Source of the DNA: Alphaproteobacteria bacterium
Lineage (GTDB): Bacteria; Pseudomonadota; Alphaproteobacteria; UBA7887
Direction of reading: 5' to 3'
DNA length: 64,000 bases
Assembly (NCBI GenBank): GCA_965201115.1
Contig: OZ241745.1
Coordinates: 258,308-322,307 of the forward strand
The first letter of the stretch is position 1. The number at the start of each line of letters is the position of its first letter. The position numbers and the translations under genes are program-made. The notes beneath the pieces are model-generated. The model was given only the letters and a program-made list of their open reading frames with translations. It made no database searches and had not been told where the DNA came from. Positions 1 to 8,975 of the stretch are shown here, one piece after another.

Positions 1-387
1 AGCGACACCGGCCCCCGCGCCCGCGCCATGGCCGGGGTCGATATCTCCGACATCGACGTCATCCAGCTCTACGACGCGTTCACGATCAACACCATCGTGT
101 TCCTGGAGGACTTGGGGTTCTGCCCCAAGGGCGAGGGCGGCCGGTTCGTCGAGGGCGGCGCCATCGCGCCCGGCGGGCAGTATGCGGTCAACACCAATGG
201 CGGCGGCCTGTCGTGCTGCCATCCCGGCATGTACGGCATCTTCCCGGTAATTGAGGCCGTGCGCCAGCTGCGCGGCGACGCCGGCGCCCGCCAGCAGCCG
301 GACCCGCAAATCGCCCTGGCCCACGGCAATGGCGGCGTGTTCTCGAGCCAGGTCACGCTGATTCTCGGAACCGAGGCCGCGCTGTAG
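1..387 (+). CDS. thiolase-like protein, C-terminal fragment (gene starts upstream of the window)
   Basis: Frame continues from position 1. NTNGGGLSCCHPGMYGIFPVIEAVRQLRG resembles the thiolase/SCP-x C-terminal domain. Stop at 385-387. Confidence 0.5.
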   Translation, partial: SDTGPRARAMAGVDISDIDVIQLYDAFTINTIVFLEDLGFCPKGEGGRFVEGGAIAPGGQYAVNTNGGGLSCCHPGMYGIFPVIEAVRQLRGDAGARQQPDPQIALAHGNGGVFSSQVTLILGTEAAL

Positions 388-394
388 CCGCGCG

Positions 395-1093
395 ATGGGA
401 GCTGCCGCCATGTGCGATTCCGCTCATTTCGAGGAAGGGGATGCGACCGACGTCGCCTTCGTGTTCTCATGCCCGGGACGGAAAGAAGAAGAAGCACAGC
501 GGCCGGCCAGCGGCGGTACAGGCGTCAATCTGTGCGATCTACTCCGCATACTGGTTGAGAAGCACCGCGATACGGTTGCGAAAATTACCGGCCTCCGGGC
601 GTTCCGTCGGGGATACGTGCGGATAACCAACGCGTGGGCCGGGGTGGAATATGCAGGAAAAAATCCGGAGAAGCCGAACAGGACGGAGGCTGACGACGAC
701 GAGATACTCGATTCCAGCAATCTCGACCGTTTGCAGCGCGATCTGTCGGGAATCGAACACGCGATAATATGCTGTGGAGACAAGGCGTCGCTCGCGGTGG
801 GCGCGTTGCGCGAGAGACAGGAGATAAGCCGAACCGTCGGCGTGTTTTCGATACCGCATCTCGGCAATCGAGTGCTGAATTCGAAGTACCGGAACGATAT
901 GTTTCCCGAAGCACGGAATTCCATGGAAAGGCGCCTCTCTCGTCTCGGACTGGTCGCAGAGTGTTTGAGCCGCGATATCGACTTGTGGTTCGCATCCGAG
1001 GCGCGCCGCCAATCTGCCGTCGTCGCGAACAGCCCTTGGGAACCGGAAGATCAGGCTTTCGTGAACGCCATCTCGGTTTGGAATGAAGAATGA
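395..1093 (+). CDS. hypothetical protein; C-terminal ~65 aa may be a separate antitoxin partner of the downstream toxin
   Basis: Lower-GC patch. ORF overlaps the MazF-like gene by 4 nt (ATGA). The acidic C-terminus (WEPEDQAFVNAISVWNEE) is antitoxin-like, with an internal ATG at 899. No family recognised for the N-terminal 168 aa. Confidence 0.3.
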   Translation: MGAAAMCDSAHFEEGDATDVAFVFSCPGRKEEEAQRPASGGTGVNLCDLLRILVEKHRDTVAKITGLRAFRRGYVRITNAWAGVEYAGKNPEKPNRTEADDDEILDSSNLDRLQRDLSGIEHAIICCGDKASLAVGALRERQEISRTVGVFSIPHLGNRVLNSKYRNDMFPEARNSMERRLSRLGLVAECLSRDIDLWFASEARRQSAVVANSPWEPEDQAFVNAISVWNEE

Positions 1094-1425
1094 AACGAGG
1101 CGAGATATGGATCGTTTCGGGCGGCGGCGACTACACGGGAAAACCGCGCCCTGCTGTCGTTCTTCAAGCCGATGGGTTCGCGGCGACCCACTCCGTTACG
1201 GTGTGTCTCTTTACGAGCAAAGACGCTGGGGCGCCGCTGTTTCGCGTGTGCGTCACACCCGACCCGCAAAACGGGCTGACAACGCCGTCGTACCTCATGG
1301 TCGACAAGATAACGACCGTGCAGAGAAGCAGAATCGGCAAGCGGACAGGATCGCTGAACGACGCGGATATCGACAGGATGGAGCGCGCAGCCGTCCGCTT
1401 CCTGGGGCTCGCCGCCGCGCGGTGA
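1090..1425 (+). CDS. type II toxin-antitoxin system toxin, PemK/MazF family endoribonuclease
   Basis: 111 aa. MKRGEIWIV...GKPRPAVVLQAD...VTVCLFTSK...DKITTVQRSRIGKRTGSL follows the MazF/PemK pattern (RPxVVLS, TVxPxTS, tail ending in a RIGxL motif). Confidence 0.8.
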   Translation: MKRGEIWIVSGGGDYTGKPRPAVVLQADGFAATHSVTVCLFTSKDAGAPLFRVCVTPDPQNGLTTPSYLMVDKITTVQRSRIGKRTGSLNDADIDRMERAAVRFLGLAAAR

Positions 1426-1651
1426 CGGCGGGGCCGATGGCGCGTCCGCCCGCCCGTCGATTTTACTGGCGCCCGCCCGCGCGGTGGGTTATACGACGCA
1501 CAAGGCGACCGCTCACAGGGAGGGAACGGCCATGGCAAGCGATACCGGCGGCAAGGATTACGGCTTGATCGTCACGTGGATCGGCACGCTCGCGTTCGGG
1601 GCGCTGGCGGTCTGGCTCATGTCGGCGCTGCTCGCCTGACGGGGCGGCGCG

Positions 1652-2746
1652 CTACGCCTCGCGCCATTTCTCGATGAACGCCGGGTCGGGTTCGAGCCCC
1701 AGGCCCGGGCCGTCGGGAACGGCTATCGCGCCGTTCTCCGGCGTCAGCGCTCCGCCGTAGAGGTCGTTGTCGAGCGCGACGTAGAAGCGCTCGATCGCCT
1801 CGACCGAATCGTCCGCGGCCAGCAGCTGCAAGGTGGCGAGAAGGCCCGGCCCGAAATACGGCGAATGCGGCGCCAGCGAAACATTGGCGTGCGCGGCCAG
1901 CGCGGCGATCTTCAGAAACTCGCTCACGCCCCCCGCCTTGGTTACGCTCGGCTGCGCGTAATCCACCGCCTCGGCGTCGAGCGCCGCGGCGAACTGCCAC
2001 GAAGTGCAGGCGTTTTCGCCCGACGCGATGGGCGTGGCGCACGATGCGCGCAGCTCCGCCAGCGCCTCGAAATTCTCCGGCGGCCACAGCGGCTCTTCCA
2101 GCCAGTGCAGGGCGTATTCGTCCATCTCGTCCGCCATGCGCCGCGCTTCCTTCGGGCTCCAGACGCAGTTCACGTCGAGCATGATGGGTACGTCGTCGCC
2201 TGCGGTCTTGCGCGCGGCGGCCACCGGGGCGACCGTGCTTTCATGCAGCTTGATCGATTCGTAGCCCGCTTCCAGCGCTTCGCCCGTCAGCCGCGCGACG
2301 AGCGCGGGGTCGCCGTATTTCAGCAGGCTCGCATAAGCCGGGACGGCGTCGCGCGCGGCGCCGCCCGCAAGCCGGGACAGCGGCGCCCCCGCCGCCTTGC
2401 CGACGATGTCCCACAACGCAATGTCGAGGCCGCTCAGCGCGAAGATCGTGACGCCGTAGCGCCCGAATATGTGCAAATCGCGTTGCAGGTCGCGCATGAG
2501 CGGCGCGATGGCGGTCGCGTCGCGCCCCACGGCGAGCGGCGCGACCATTGTTTCGAGCGCCGCCCGCGTCGCCGGGATGGCGTTGTAGCCGAAGGCCTCG
2601 CCCCAGCCCGTCAACCCGCCATCGGTTTCGACGCGCACCAGCAGCGTGCGCATTTCCGTCCACGCGCCGCCGCCCCAGCCCGAGGGCGGGCCGCCGTGGC
2701 GGAAGGGATAGCGCAGCGGTATGGCCTCGACGGACGTTATCTTCAC
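1652..2746 (-). CDS. enolase-superfamily enzyme (mandelate racemase / muconate lactonizing enzyme family dehydratase)
   Basis: 364 aa from a GTG at 2744-2746 with a GAAAGAGGA Shine-Dalgarno 8 nt upstream. Motifs KITSVEAIPLRYPF...GWGEA...KLHE...LDVNCVW...LEEP are typical of the MR/MLE N- and C-terminal domains. Overlaps the upstream SDR gene by 4 nt. Confidence 0.8.
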   Translation of the reverse strand: MKITSVEAIPLRYPFRHGGPPSGWGGGAWTEMRTLLVRVETDGGLTGWGEAFGYNAIPATRAALETMVAPLAVGRDATAIAPLMRDLQRDLHIFGRYGVTIFALSGLDIALWDIVGKAAGAPLSRLAGGAARDAVPAYASLLKYGDPALVARLTGEALEAGYESIKLHESTVAPVAAARKTAGDDVPIMLDVNCVWSPKEARRMADEMDEYALHWLEEPLWPPENFEALAELRASCATPIASGENACTSWQFAAALDAEAVDYAQPSVTKAGGVSEFLKIAALAAHANVSLAPHSPYFGPGLLATLQLLAADDSVEAIERFYVALDNDLYGGALTPENGAIAVPDGPGLGLEPDPAFIEKWREA

Positions 2747-3492
2747 GGCGTTCCTCTTTCGATGGGTTCGACGGCCATGCCGCCGGGCGCCTGTTCGGCG
2801 GCGAAGAGTTCGACGGTCGCGACATGGACGCGCCAAGGCGCGCCGATGGCATACACGGCCGCATCGGCTATGTCTTCCGGTTCGAGCAGCGTGAAGCCCG
2901 ACGCGAGCGCGCGGATCGTTTCCGGGTTGTCGATCGCGGTTTCGAAGAATTCGGTGCGCACCCGGCCGGGGCAGAGCTCGGTGACCCGCACGCCCGAGCC
3001 GAGCAGCTCGATTCGCAAATTCTGCGAGAACAGATGCACGGCCCCCTTCGAAGCGCCGTAGATCGCCGTGAACAGCGGATAGAGCCCGGCCACCGAACCG
3101 ATATTGACGATATGCCCCCGCCGCCGCGCGCGCATTCCGGGAAGCACGGCGCGGGTCGCGTGGACGAGGCCGGCGGCATTGGTGGCGAGGGTCGCGTCGA
3201 GATCCTCCGGCGACGCCTGGAGGAACGATTCCATCCCGCGCCCTGTGCCGGCGCTGTTGACGAGGATGTCGAACTCGCGCCCTTCCAGCGCCGCATATAC
3301 GGCGTCGCGGTCGCGTATGTCGAACGCCAGCTGTTCGCAACCGATCTCTTCGGCGAGTGCGGCCAGCCGGCGGGCGCGGCGCCCCGCCGCCGTTACCTCG
3401 ACTCCGCGCGCGGCGAGCGCGCGGGCGCAGGCGCGCCCGATGCCCGCGGTGGCGCCGGTCACCAGCGCGGTCCGATAGTCTCCGATGGCCAC
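2743..3492 (-). CDS. SDR-family short-chain dehydrogenase/reductase
   Basis: TALVTGATAGIGRA glycine-rich NAD(P) motif; YGASKGAV catalytic YxxxK; 249 aa. Confidence 0.85.
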   Translation of the reverse strand: MAIGDYRTALVTGATAGIGRACARALAARGVEVTAAGRRARRLAALAEEIGCEQLAFDIRDRDAVYAALEGREFDILVNSAGTGRGMESFLQASPEDLDATLATNAAGLVHATRAVLPGMRARRRGHIVNIGSVAGLYPLFTAIYGASKGAVHLFSQNLRIELLGSGVRVTELCPGRVRTEFFETAIDNPETIRALASGFTLLEPEDIADAAVYAIGAPWRVHVATVELFAAEQAPGGMAVEPIERGTP

Positions 3493-3661
3493 GTTTCCCT
3501 CCGGTCCGGCCGGCGTTGGCGCCGCGCAGCCCCGGCGTCCGCCGGAGGATCCGCGTGGCGTCCTCTCCCGCGCCGCCCCGGGGAACCGATCCGCGGCCGG
3601 CCCCGGGAGCGCGGCAAGTTCGGGCGGATTGTCCGCCGGCGTTGCGGCGGCGCGTTTCCCG

Positions 3662-4111
3662 CTACTCGGCGGGGGCTTCGCCGCTTTCCCGCCGCTCGTC
3701 GAGCAGCCCTTCGATCAGGCCGTTCAAAAGACCCTGCCCCTCGGTCAGCCGGATAATCTGCTTCTGGAATTCCGTCATCTGCCTCTGGTACGCTTCCGTC
3801 TGCCTCTGGTACGCCTCCATCTGTCTCTGGAACGCTTCCATCTGTCTCTGGAATGCTTCCCTGTCCGCTCGCGCTTCCGCGCGTATGGCCTCGCGGTCGG
3901 CTTTCGCCTCGACGCGCACGACCTCGCGGTCCGCACGCGCTTCCGTGCGTATGGCCTCGCGGTCGGCCTTCGCCTCGACGCGCACGGCCTCGACCTCCGT
4001 CCGGACACCGCGAATTTCGTTGCGGATATCCGCCGCCACGGAAAGCCCGAGCACCGCCAGCGCGACGCCGACGCCGACAATGGCTATGGTTTCCTGCCTG
4101 AGTTGCGCCAT
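3662..4111 (-). CDS. membrane-anchored coiled-coil repeat protein (hypothetical)
   Basis: Chosen start MAQLRQE (ATG 4109-4111, GGAGG upstream). One N-terminal TM helix, then tandem repeats REAIRTEARADREVVRVEAKAD x2 and EAFQRQM/EAYQRQ x4. The underlying DNA shows 66-bp and 21-bp tandem repeats at 3780-4000. Confidence 0.5.
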   Translation of the reverse strand: MAQLRQETIAIVGVGVALAVLGLSVAADIRNEIRGVRTEVEAVRVEAKADREAIRTEARADREVVRVEAKADREAIRAEARADREAFQRQMEAFQRQMEAYQRQTEAYQRQMTEFQKQIIRLTEGQGLLNGLIEGLLDERRESGEAPAE

Positions 4112-4265
4112 CGGGGCCCCTCCCCTCATGTTGCCAAGGGGCAGTATGGCCCGCGGCCGGCGCGGGCGCAACCCGGCGCGGGCGCGGTGGCGCCGCGGCG
4201 CGGCGGGGGCTACACTGCGCGGCGCACGGGGCGCGAAGCGCCGACCGCAACCGGGGGGAAACGCC

Positions 4266-5525
4266 ATGCTTCGCCGAGTCAGGACAATTGCCGCCGCCGC
4301 GCTGCTGGCGCTGGCGGCGGTCGCGGGCGCGCATTCCGGCGCGCGCGCGGAAGAGCCGATCCGCATCGGGTTCGGGATGGCGTTGACCGGCGCGCTCGCC
4401 GGCGCGGGCAAGGCGGCGCTCATCGCCATCGAGATCTGGGCCGAGGAGACCAACGCCGCCGGCGGGCTGCTCGGGCGGCCCGTCGAGCTCGTCTATTACG
4501 ACGACCAGACCAACCCGTCGAAAGTGCCGGGCATATACACCAAGCTCATCAACATCGACCGCGTCGATCTGATCGTGTCGGGCTACGGTTCGACGACCAT
4601 CGCGCCGGCCATCCCCATCGCCATGAACTACGACATGACGTTCATGTCGCTGTTCGGCCTCGCGACCAATGAGGAGTTCCAGTACGACCGTTATTTTCAG
4701 ATACTTCCGGCGGGCGAGGAGCCGCGGTTGAACTGGTCGCGCGGATTTTTCGAGATCGCGGCGGCGCTCGACCCGAAGCCCCGGCGCGTCGCTCTGGTCG
4801 GCGCCGACGCCGAGTTCCCGCGCAACGCCATGATCGGCGCGCGCATCAACGCCGAGGCGGCCGGGCTGGAGGTTGTGTACGACCGCTCCTACCCCTCGAA
4901 CACGGTCGATTTCACGCCGGTGATCCAGGCCATACGGGCCGCGGAGCCCGACATCGTTTATGTCGCCTCGTACCCGCCCGATTCCGCGGGGATTGTGCGC
5001 ACGGTCAACGAAATCGGCATCGAGGGCGTGGCGTTGTTCGGCGGCGGCATGGTGGGCCTGCAATACGCCAGCCTGATGGAGGCGCTCGGCCCGCAGCTCA
5101 ACGGCATTGTCAATTACGACTTCTGGGTGCCCGAGCCGACCCTGCAATTCCCCGGCATCGAGGCGTTTCTGGAGAAATACCAGGCGCGCGCGGCGGACGC
5201 CGGCGTCGATCCGCTGGGCTACTACCTGCCGCCCTTCGCCTATGCCTACATGCAGATACTCGGCGCGGCGGTCGAAGCCGTCGGCAGCCTCGACCAGGCC
5301 GCGCTGGCCGACCGTATCCGCGCCGCCGAGTTCGACACCATCGTCGGCAAGATACGCTTCGGCCGCAACGGCGAGTGGAAGCGATCGCGCGTTCTCATGG
5401 TGCAGTTCCAGGGCATCGCCGACAACCGGCTCGAAACCTTCGAACGGGCAGGGACCCGAGTGGTGCTGCATCCGCCGGAGTGGCGTTCGGGCGCGCCGAT
5501 CGCGCCGTTCGCGGCGGCGCGCTAG
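4266..5525 (+). CDS. branched-chain amino acid ABC transporter substrate-binding protein (LivK/LivJ family, type I PBP)
   Basis: Signal peptide MLRRVRTIAAAALLALAAVAGAHS; IRIGFGMALTGALAGAG...YDDQTNPSK is typical of the Leu/Ile/Val-binding family. ATG at 4266. Confidence 0.85.
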   Translation: MLRRVRTIAAAALLALAAVAGAHSGARAEEPIRIGFGMALTGALAGAGKAALIAIEIWAEETNAAGGLLGRPVELVYYDDQTNPSKVPGIYTKLINIDRVDLIVSGYGSTTIAPAIPIAMNYDMTFMSLFGLATNEEFQYDRYFQILPAGEEPRLNWSRGFFEIAAALDPKPRRVALVGADAEFPRNAMIGARINAEAAGLEVVYDRSYPSNTVDFTPVIQAIRAAEPDIVYVASYPPDSAGIVRTVNEIGIEGVALFGGGMVGLQYASLMEALGPQLNGIVNYDFWVPEPTLQFPGIEAFLEKYQARAADAGVDPLGYYLPPFAYAYMQILGAAVEAVGSLDQAALADRIRAAEFDTIVGKIRFGRNGEWKRSRVLMVQFQGIADNRLETFERAGTRVVLHPPEWRSGAPIAPFAAAR

Positions 5526-5549
5526 TCAGCGGCGCCGGCGGGCGGCGGC

Positions 5550-6416
5550 GTGGCCGGTCTTCTCGGCGACGCGCTGGTTTCCGGCGCGCTCCTGGGCGGT
5601 TTTTACGCCGCCGTAACGATCGGGCTGACGCTCGCCTTCGGCTACCTGAACATCGTCAACATCGCGCATCCGGCGTTCATCGTTCTGGGATCCTATCTCG
5701 TTTTCGCCTGCAACGCGGCGTGGGGGCTCGACCCGCTGCTCGCCGGCGTTGCGCTGATGCCCGCCTTTTTCCTGCTCGGGGCGCTCGTTTACAGCGTCTA
5801 TAACTGGAGTTTCGAGCGGCGCGAGGACGAATCGCTGCGCGGGCTGGCGTTTTTCTTCGGCCTCATGTTCATCGTCGAGGTCGCGCTGATCCTCGTGTTC
5901 GGGGTCGATTACCGGCTGGTCAACGCGCCTTGGATCGGCGAGACGCTGACCGTCGGGCCGGCGGCGCTGCCGTTGCGCATGGCGTTGCCGTTTTGCGTGT
6001 CGGCAGCGCTCGCGCTGTGCATCTGGCTGTTTCTGTCGCGCACCTTTCCGGGCCGGGCGATACGCGCCGTGGCGCAGGACGCGACCGCGCTGCGCCTGGC
6101 GGGCGCCGACCCGGTGAGCGTGCGCCGCCTGGCTTTCGGCATCGGCGTCGCATCGGCGGGGCTGGCGGGCGCGCTGCTCATCGTCATCGGCCCCGTGGAG
6201 CCCGCCATGGGCCGCCTCTATATCGGCCGCGTGTTCGCCATCGTCGTGCTCGGCGGCATGGGCAGCCTCGGCGGCACGCTGGTCGCGGCGCTGTTGCTCG
6301 GCATGGTCGAGAGCGTGACCGCGGCGCTGGCCGGTCCGTCATGGGCGCCGGCGGTGGCGTTCGGGTTTCTGCTGTTCGCGCTGGCGGCGCGCCCCGCCGG
6401 CCTGTTCGGCCGCTAG
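5550..6416 (+). CDS. livH: branched-chain amino acid ABC transporter permease LivH
   Basis: 288 aa polytopic membrane protein. The GVxxGxxYALxALGxT-like N-terminus and gene order are LivH-like. GTG start. Confidence 0.8.
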   Translation: MAGLLGDALVSGALLGGFYAAVTIGLTLAFGYLNIVNIAHPAFIVLGSYLVFACNAAWGLDPLLAGVALMPAFFLLGALVYSVYNWSFERREDESLRGLAFFFGLMFIVEVALILVFGVDYRLVNAPWIGETLTVGPAALPLRMALPFCVSAALALCIWLFLSRTFPGRAIRAVAQDATALRLAGADPVSVRRLAFGIGVASAGLAGALLIVIGPVEPAMGRLYIGRVFAIVVLGGMGSLGGTLVAALLLGMVESVTAALAGPSWAPAVAFGFLLFALAARPAGLFGR

Positions 6417-6418
6417 TC

Positions 6419-7366
6419 TTGCGCGGCGGCGCGCGCTTCCATGCCGGCGCGGCGGCGGTCCTTGCGCTCGGCTACGCGGCGACGCATCTCGTCGCCAACG
6501 AGTACTATTTCTTCGCCGGATACACGGTCCTGCAATACGTCGTGCTGGCGACCGCGTGGAACATTCTCGGCGGCTATACGGGCTATGTGAATTTCGGCGC
6601 CGCCGGGTTTTTCGCCGTCGGCGCCTACACGGTCGTTGCGCTCGGCAAGTTCACGGGCTGGCCTCTGCCGGCGCTCTTGCCCGCCGCGGCCGCCGTTTCG
6701 GGCCTGCTCGGCCTCGCGGCGGGCTGGCTTACACTGCGCCTGCGCGGCGTCTATTTCGCCATCGCGACGCTGGCGCTCGCCATCGTGCTCGAAACGGCGG
6801 TAACGAACTGGGATTATGTCGGCGGCGCGGCCGGCGCGTTCGTCGTGCGGCCGCGCGAGGCGCCGCTGTTTACGAGCTATATCGCCTGGCTCTTCTGGCT
6901 CATGCTGGCGCTCGCGGTGCTGGCGGTCTGCGCGGCGCGCGCAGTGGAAACCTCGCGCCTGGGGCGCGGCCTGGCCGCGGTCCGCGACGACGAACAGGCG
7001 GCGGAAAGCGCGGGCGTGCCCACCCTGCGGCTCAAACTCGCCGCCGCCGGGCTGAGCGGCATGTTGATGGGCCTCGCCGGCGCGCCGCTGGTCTATTACA
7101 CGTCCTATATCGACCCGCTCTCGGCGTTCAATCTCGAATACGCCGTAAACAGCGTGGCCATGCCGATGATCGGCGGCACGGCGACATGGCTCGGCCCCGT
7201 GGTGGGCGCGGTCCTGATCGGCTCGCTGCAACAGGCGGCGACGGTCACCATCTCGTCGGAGCTCAACCTGTTGATCGTCGGCGCGGTGCTGATCGTTTTC
7301 GTCGTCGCCGCGCCGGAGGGCATTGTCGGCCTGGCGCGGCGGCTGCTCGCGAGGCGCCGGCGATGA
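6419..7366 (+). CDS. livM: branched-chain amino acid ABC transporter permease LivM
   Basis: In frame, downstream of the livH stop. Probable TTG start at 6419 (no in-frame ATG near the N-terminus). Motifs NILGGYTGYVNFGAAGFFAVGAY and TSRLGRGLAAVRDDEQAAESAGV are LivM signatures. Stop overlaps the livG start. Confidence 0.7.
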   Translation: MRGGARFHAGAAAVLALGYAATHLVANEYYFFAGYTVLQYVVLATAWNILGGYTGYVNFGAAGFFAVGAYTVVALGKFTGWPLPALLPAAAAVSGLLGLAAGWLTLRLRGVYFAIATLALAIVLETAVTNWDYVGGAAGAFVVRPREAPLFTSYIAWLFWLMLALAVLAVCAARAVETSRLGRGLAAVRDDEQAAESAGVPTLRLKLAAAGLSGMLMGLAGAPLVYYTSYIDPLSAFNLEYAVNSVAMPMIGGTATWLGPVVGAVLIGSLQQAATVTISSELNLLIVGAVLIVFVVAAPEGIVGLARRLLARRRR

Positions 7367-8088
7367 GCGGCGGCGCGCTCGTCTCGATCGAAAGCGTGAC
7401 CAAGCGGTTCGGCGGCTTCGTCGCGCTCGACGGCGTGTCCCTCGCCGTCGCGCCGGGGGAGCGCGTAGGCCTCATCGGCCCCAATGGATCGGGCAAGACG
7501 ACGTTAATCGACTGCGTCGGCGGCGCGCTGAACGCCGATGCGGGCCGCGTTCTGTTCGACGGCCGCGACGTCACGCGCCTGCCCGCGCACCGCCGCGCGC
7601 GGCTCGGCATTGCGCGCAGTTTCCAGATACCGCGCCCGTTCGCCGGCATGACGTGCCTGGAAAATCTCGCGGTGCCGCTGGAATACGCCGCCGGCATGCG
7701 CGGGCGCGCCGCGGTCGAGCGCGAGGCGCGCGCTGTTCTCGAAAGCGTCGGGCTCGACGCCCGCGCCGACGACGGCGCGGGGGCGCTGACCCAGGTCGAT
7801 ATGCGCAAGCTCGAACTCGCGCGAGCCCTCGCCGCGCGGCCGCGCGTGCTGATCGTCGACGAGGCGATGGCCGGCCTCGCGCCCGCCGAGGTGGACGACA
7901 TCCTCGCGCTGTTGCGCCGCTTCAACGACGACGGCATCGCCATCGTCATGATCGAACACATCATGCGCGCGGTGATGGGCTTTTCCGAGCGCGTGGCGGT
8001 GCTCGACGCGGGCCGGCTGATCGCCGAGGGCGCGCCCGGCGCGGTCATGCGCTCGCCCGACGTGGAAAGGGCGTATCTTGGCGAATAG
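7363..8088 (+). CDS. livG: branched-chain amino acid ABC transporter ATP-binding protein LivG
   Basis: Walker A GPNGSGKTT, Q-loop, LSGGxQ-like signature, Walker B LIVDEAMAGL. Confidence 0.9.
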   Translation: MSGGALVSIESVTKRFGGFVALDGVSLAVAPGERVGLIGPNGSGKTTLIDCVGGALNADAGRVLFDGRDVTRLPAHRRARLGIARSFQIPRPFAGMTCLENLAVPLEYAAGMRGRAAVEREARAVLESVGLDARADDGAGALTQVDMRKLELARALAARPRVLIVDEAMAGLAPAEVDDILALLRRFNDDGIAIVMIEHIMRAVMGFSERVAVLDAGRLIAEGAPGAVMRSPDVERAYLGE

Positions 8089-8812
8089 CCTTCGCGTCGA
8101 GTCGGTCTCCGCGGGCTACGGCGCCGCGCGGGTGCTCGATGACGTCTCGATCTCGGTGGGCGACGGCGAGACCGTCGCGCTGCTCGGCGCCAACGGCAAC
8201 GGCAAGAGCACGCTGCTCAAATGCGTCATGGGGCTGGTGCGCCCGCGCGCCGGGCGCGTCTTCGCCACGCTCGACGGCGAGACCCACGAGCTGACGGGGT
8301 TGCCGCCCGAGCGCATCGTCGGCCTCGGGGTGGTGCTGGCCCCCGAGGGCCGCCGGCTGTTCCCCGATCTGACGGTCGAGGAGAACCTGGCGCTGGGCGC
8401 CTACCGCCGCGCCGCGCGGCGCGACATACGCGCGAACATGGAACTGTGCCTCGACACCTTCCCCGTGCTCGCCGACCGCCGCGGCCAGCGCGCCGGCAGC
8501 ATGAGCGGCGGCGAACAGCAAATGCTGGCCATCGCCCGGGCGCTGATGGCCTCGCCGCGCATACTGATCGTCGATGAGCCGTCGGTGGGCCTCGCGCCCA
8601 TCTTCGTCTCGCGGGTGATGGAGAAGATCGGCGAGCTCAAGCGCGGCCGCGGCCTCACCGTGCTGATGGCCGAGCAGAATTTCCACCAGGCCGCGCGCAT
8701 CGCCGACCGCGGCTACGTCATCGTCGGCGGCCGCATCGCGTTCGAAGGCGACAGCGCCGCCGCCCTGCGCGACAACGAGCTCGTCAAGCGCTACTACCTC
8801 GGCGGCGATTGA
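8078..8812 (+). CDS. livF: branched-chain amino acid ABC transporter ATP-binding protein LivF
   Basis: Walker A GANGNGKST, signature MSGGEQQMLAIARAL, Walker B ILIVDEPSVGLAP. TTG start overlapping the livG end. Confidence 0.9.
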   Translation: MANSLRVESVSAGYGAARVLDDVSISVGDGETVALLGANGNGKSTLLKCVMGLVRPRAGRVFATLDGETHELTGLPPERIVGLGVVLAPEGRRLFPDLTVEENLALGAYRRAARRDIRANMELCLDTFPVLADRRGQRAGSMSGGEQQMLAIARALMASPRILIVDEPSVGLAPIFVSRVMEKIGELKRGRGLTVLMAEQNFHQAARIADRGYVIVGGRIAFEGDSAAALRDNELVKRYYLGGD

Positions 8813-8975
8813 GCGCCCCCGTCCGCCGGGGCACATGAGTGTGGGCGGCGCCGGCCCCGCGAGCGGCAATCCCCGTTTCTCCATTGCGCGCGGTACGATA
8901 CCTTGCACGGCCGTGCCGCGCCGACGCGTCGCCGACGCCGGGTTGCGCGCTTCCTCGCCGGAGCGACCCCGCCCC

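Noticed and set aside
539-1012. 157-aa minus-strand ORF opposite the putative antitoxin region
   Set aside because: No recognisable family. The plus-strand arrangement (ORF overlapping a MazF-like toxin by ATGA) is the more parsimonious operon. Kept open as an alternative in finding 395-1425.
1652-3340. 562-aa minus-strand ORF treated as one protein
   Set aside because: The enolase-superfamily domain starts at an internal GTG (2746) with a strong Shine-Dalgarno sequence. The upstream 198 residues are out-of-context Arg-rich sequence overlapping the real SDR gene in another frame.
3357-5525. 722-aa plus-strand ORF and antisense 670-aa ORF 3459..5471
   Set aside because: Only the C-terminal 419 aa (from ATG 4266, with a signal peptide) is the LivK-family protein. 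The upstream part reads through the repeat-containing coiled-coil gene in the wrong sense.
8835-8975. Earlier start codon (track ORF 8835) for the RM enzyme
   Set aside because: It adds a 47-aa low-complexity leader (GAGPASGNPRF...RRRVADAGLRASSPERPRP) with no Shine-Dalgarno sequence and lies only 22 nt after the livF stop. MTTGD at 8976 gives an N-terminus of MmeI-like length before the D-E-K motif.
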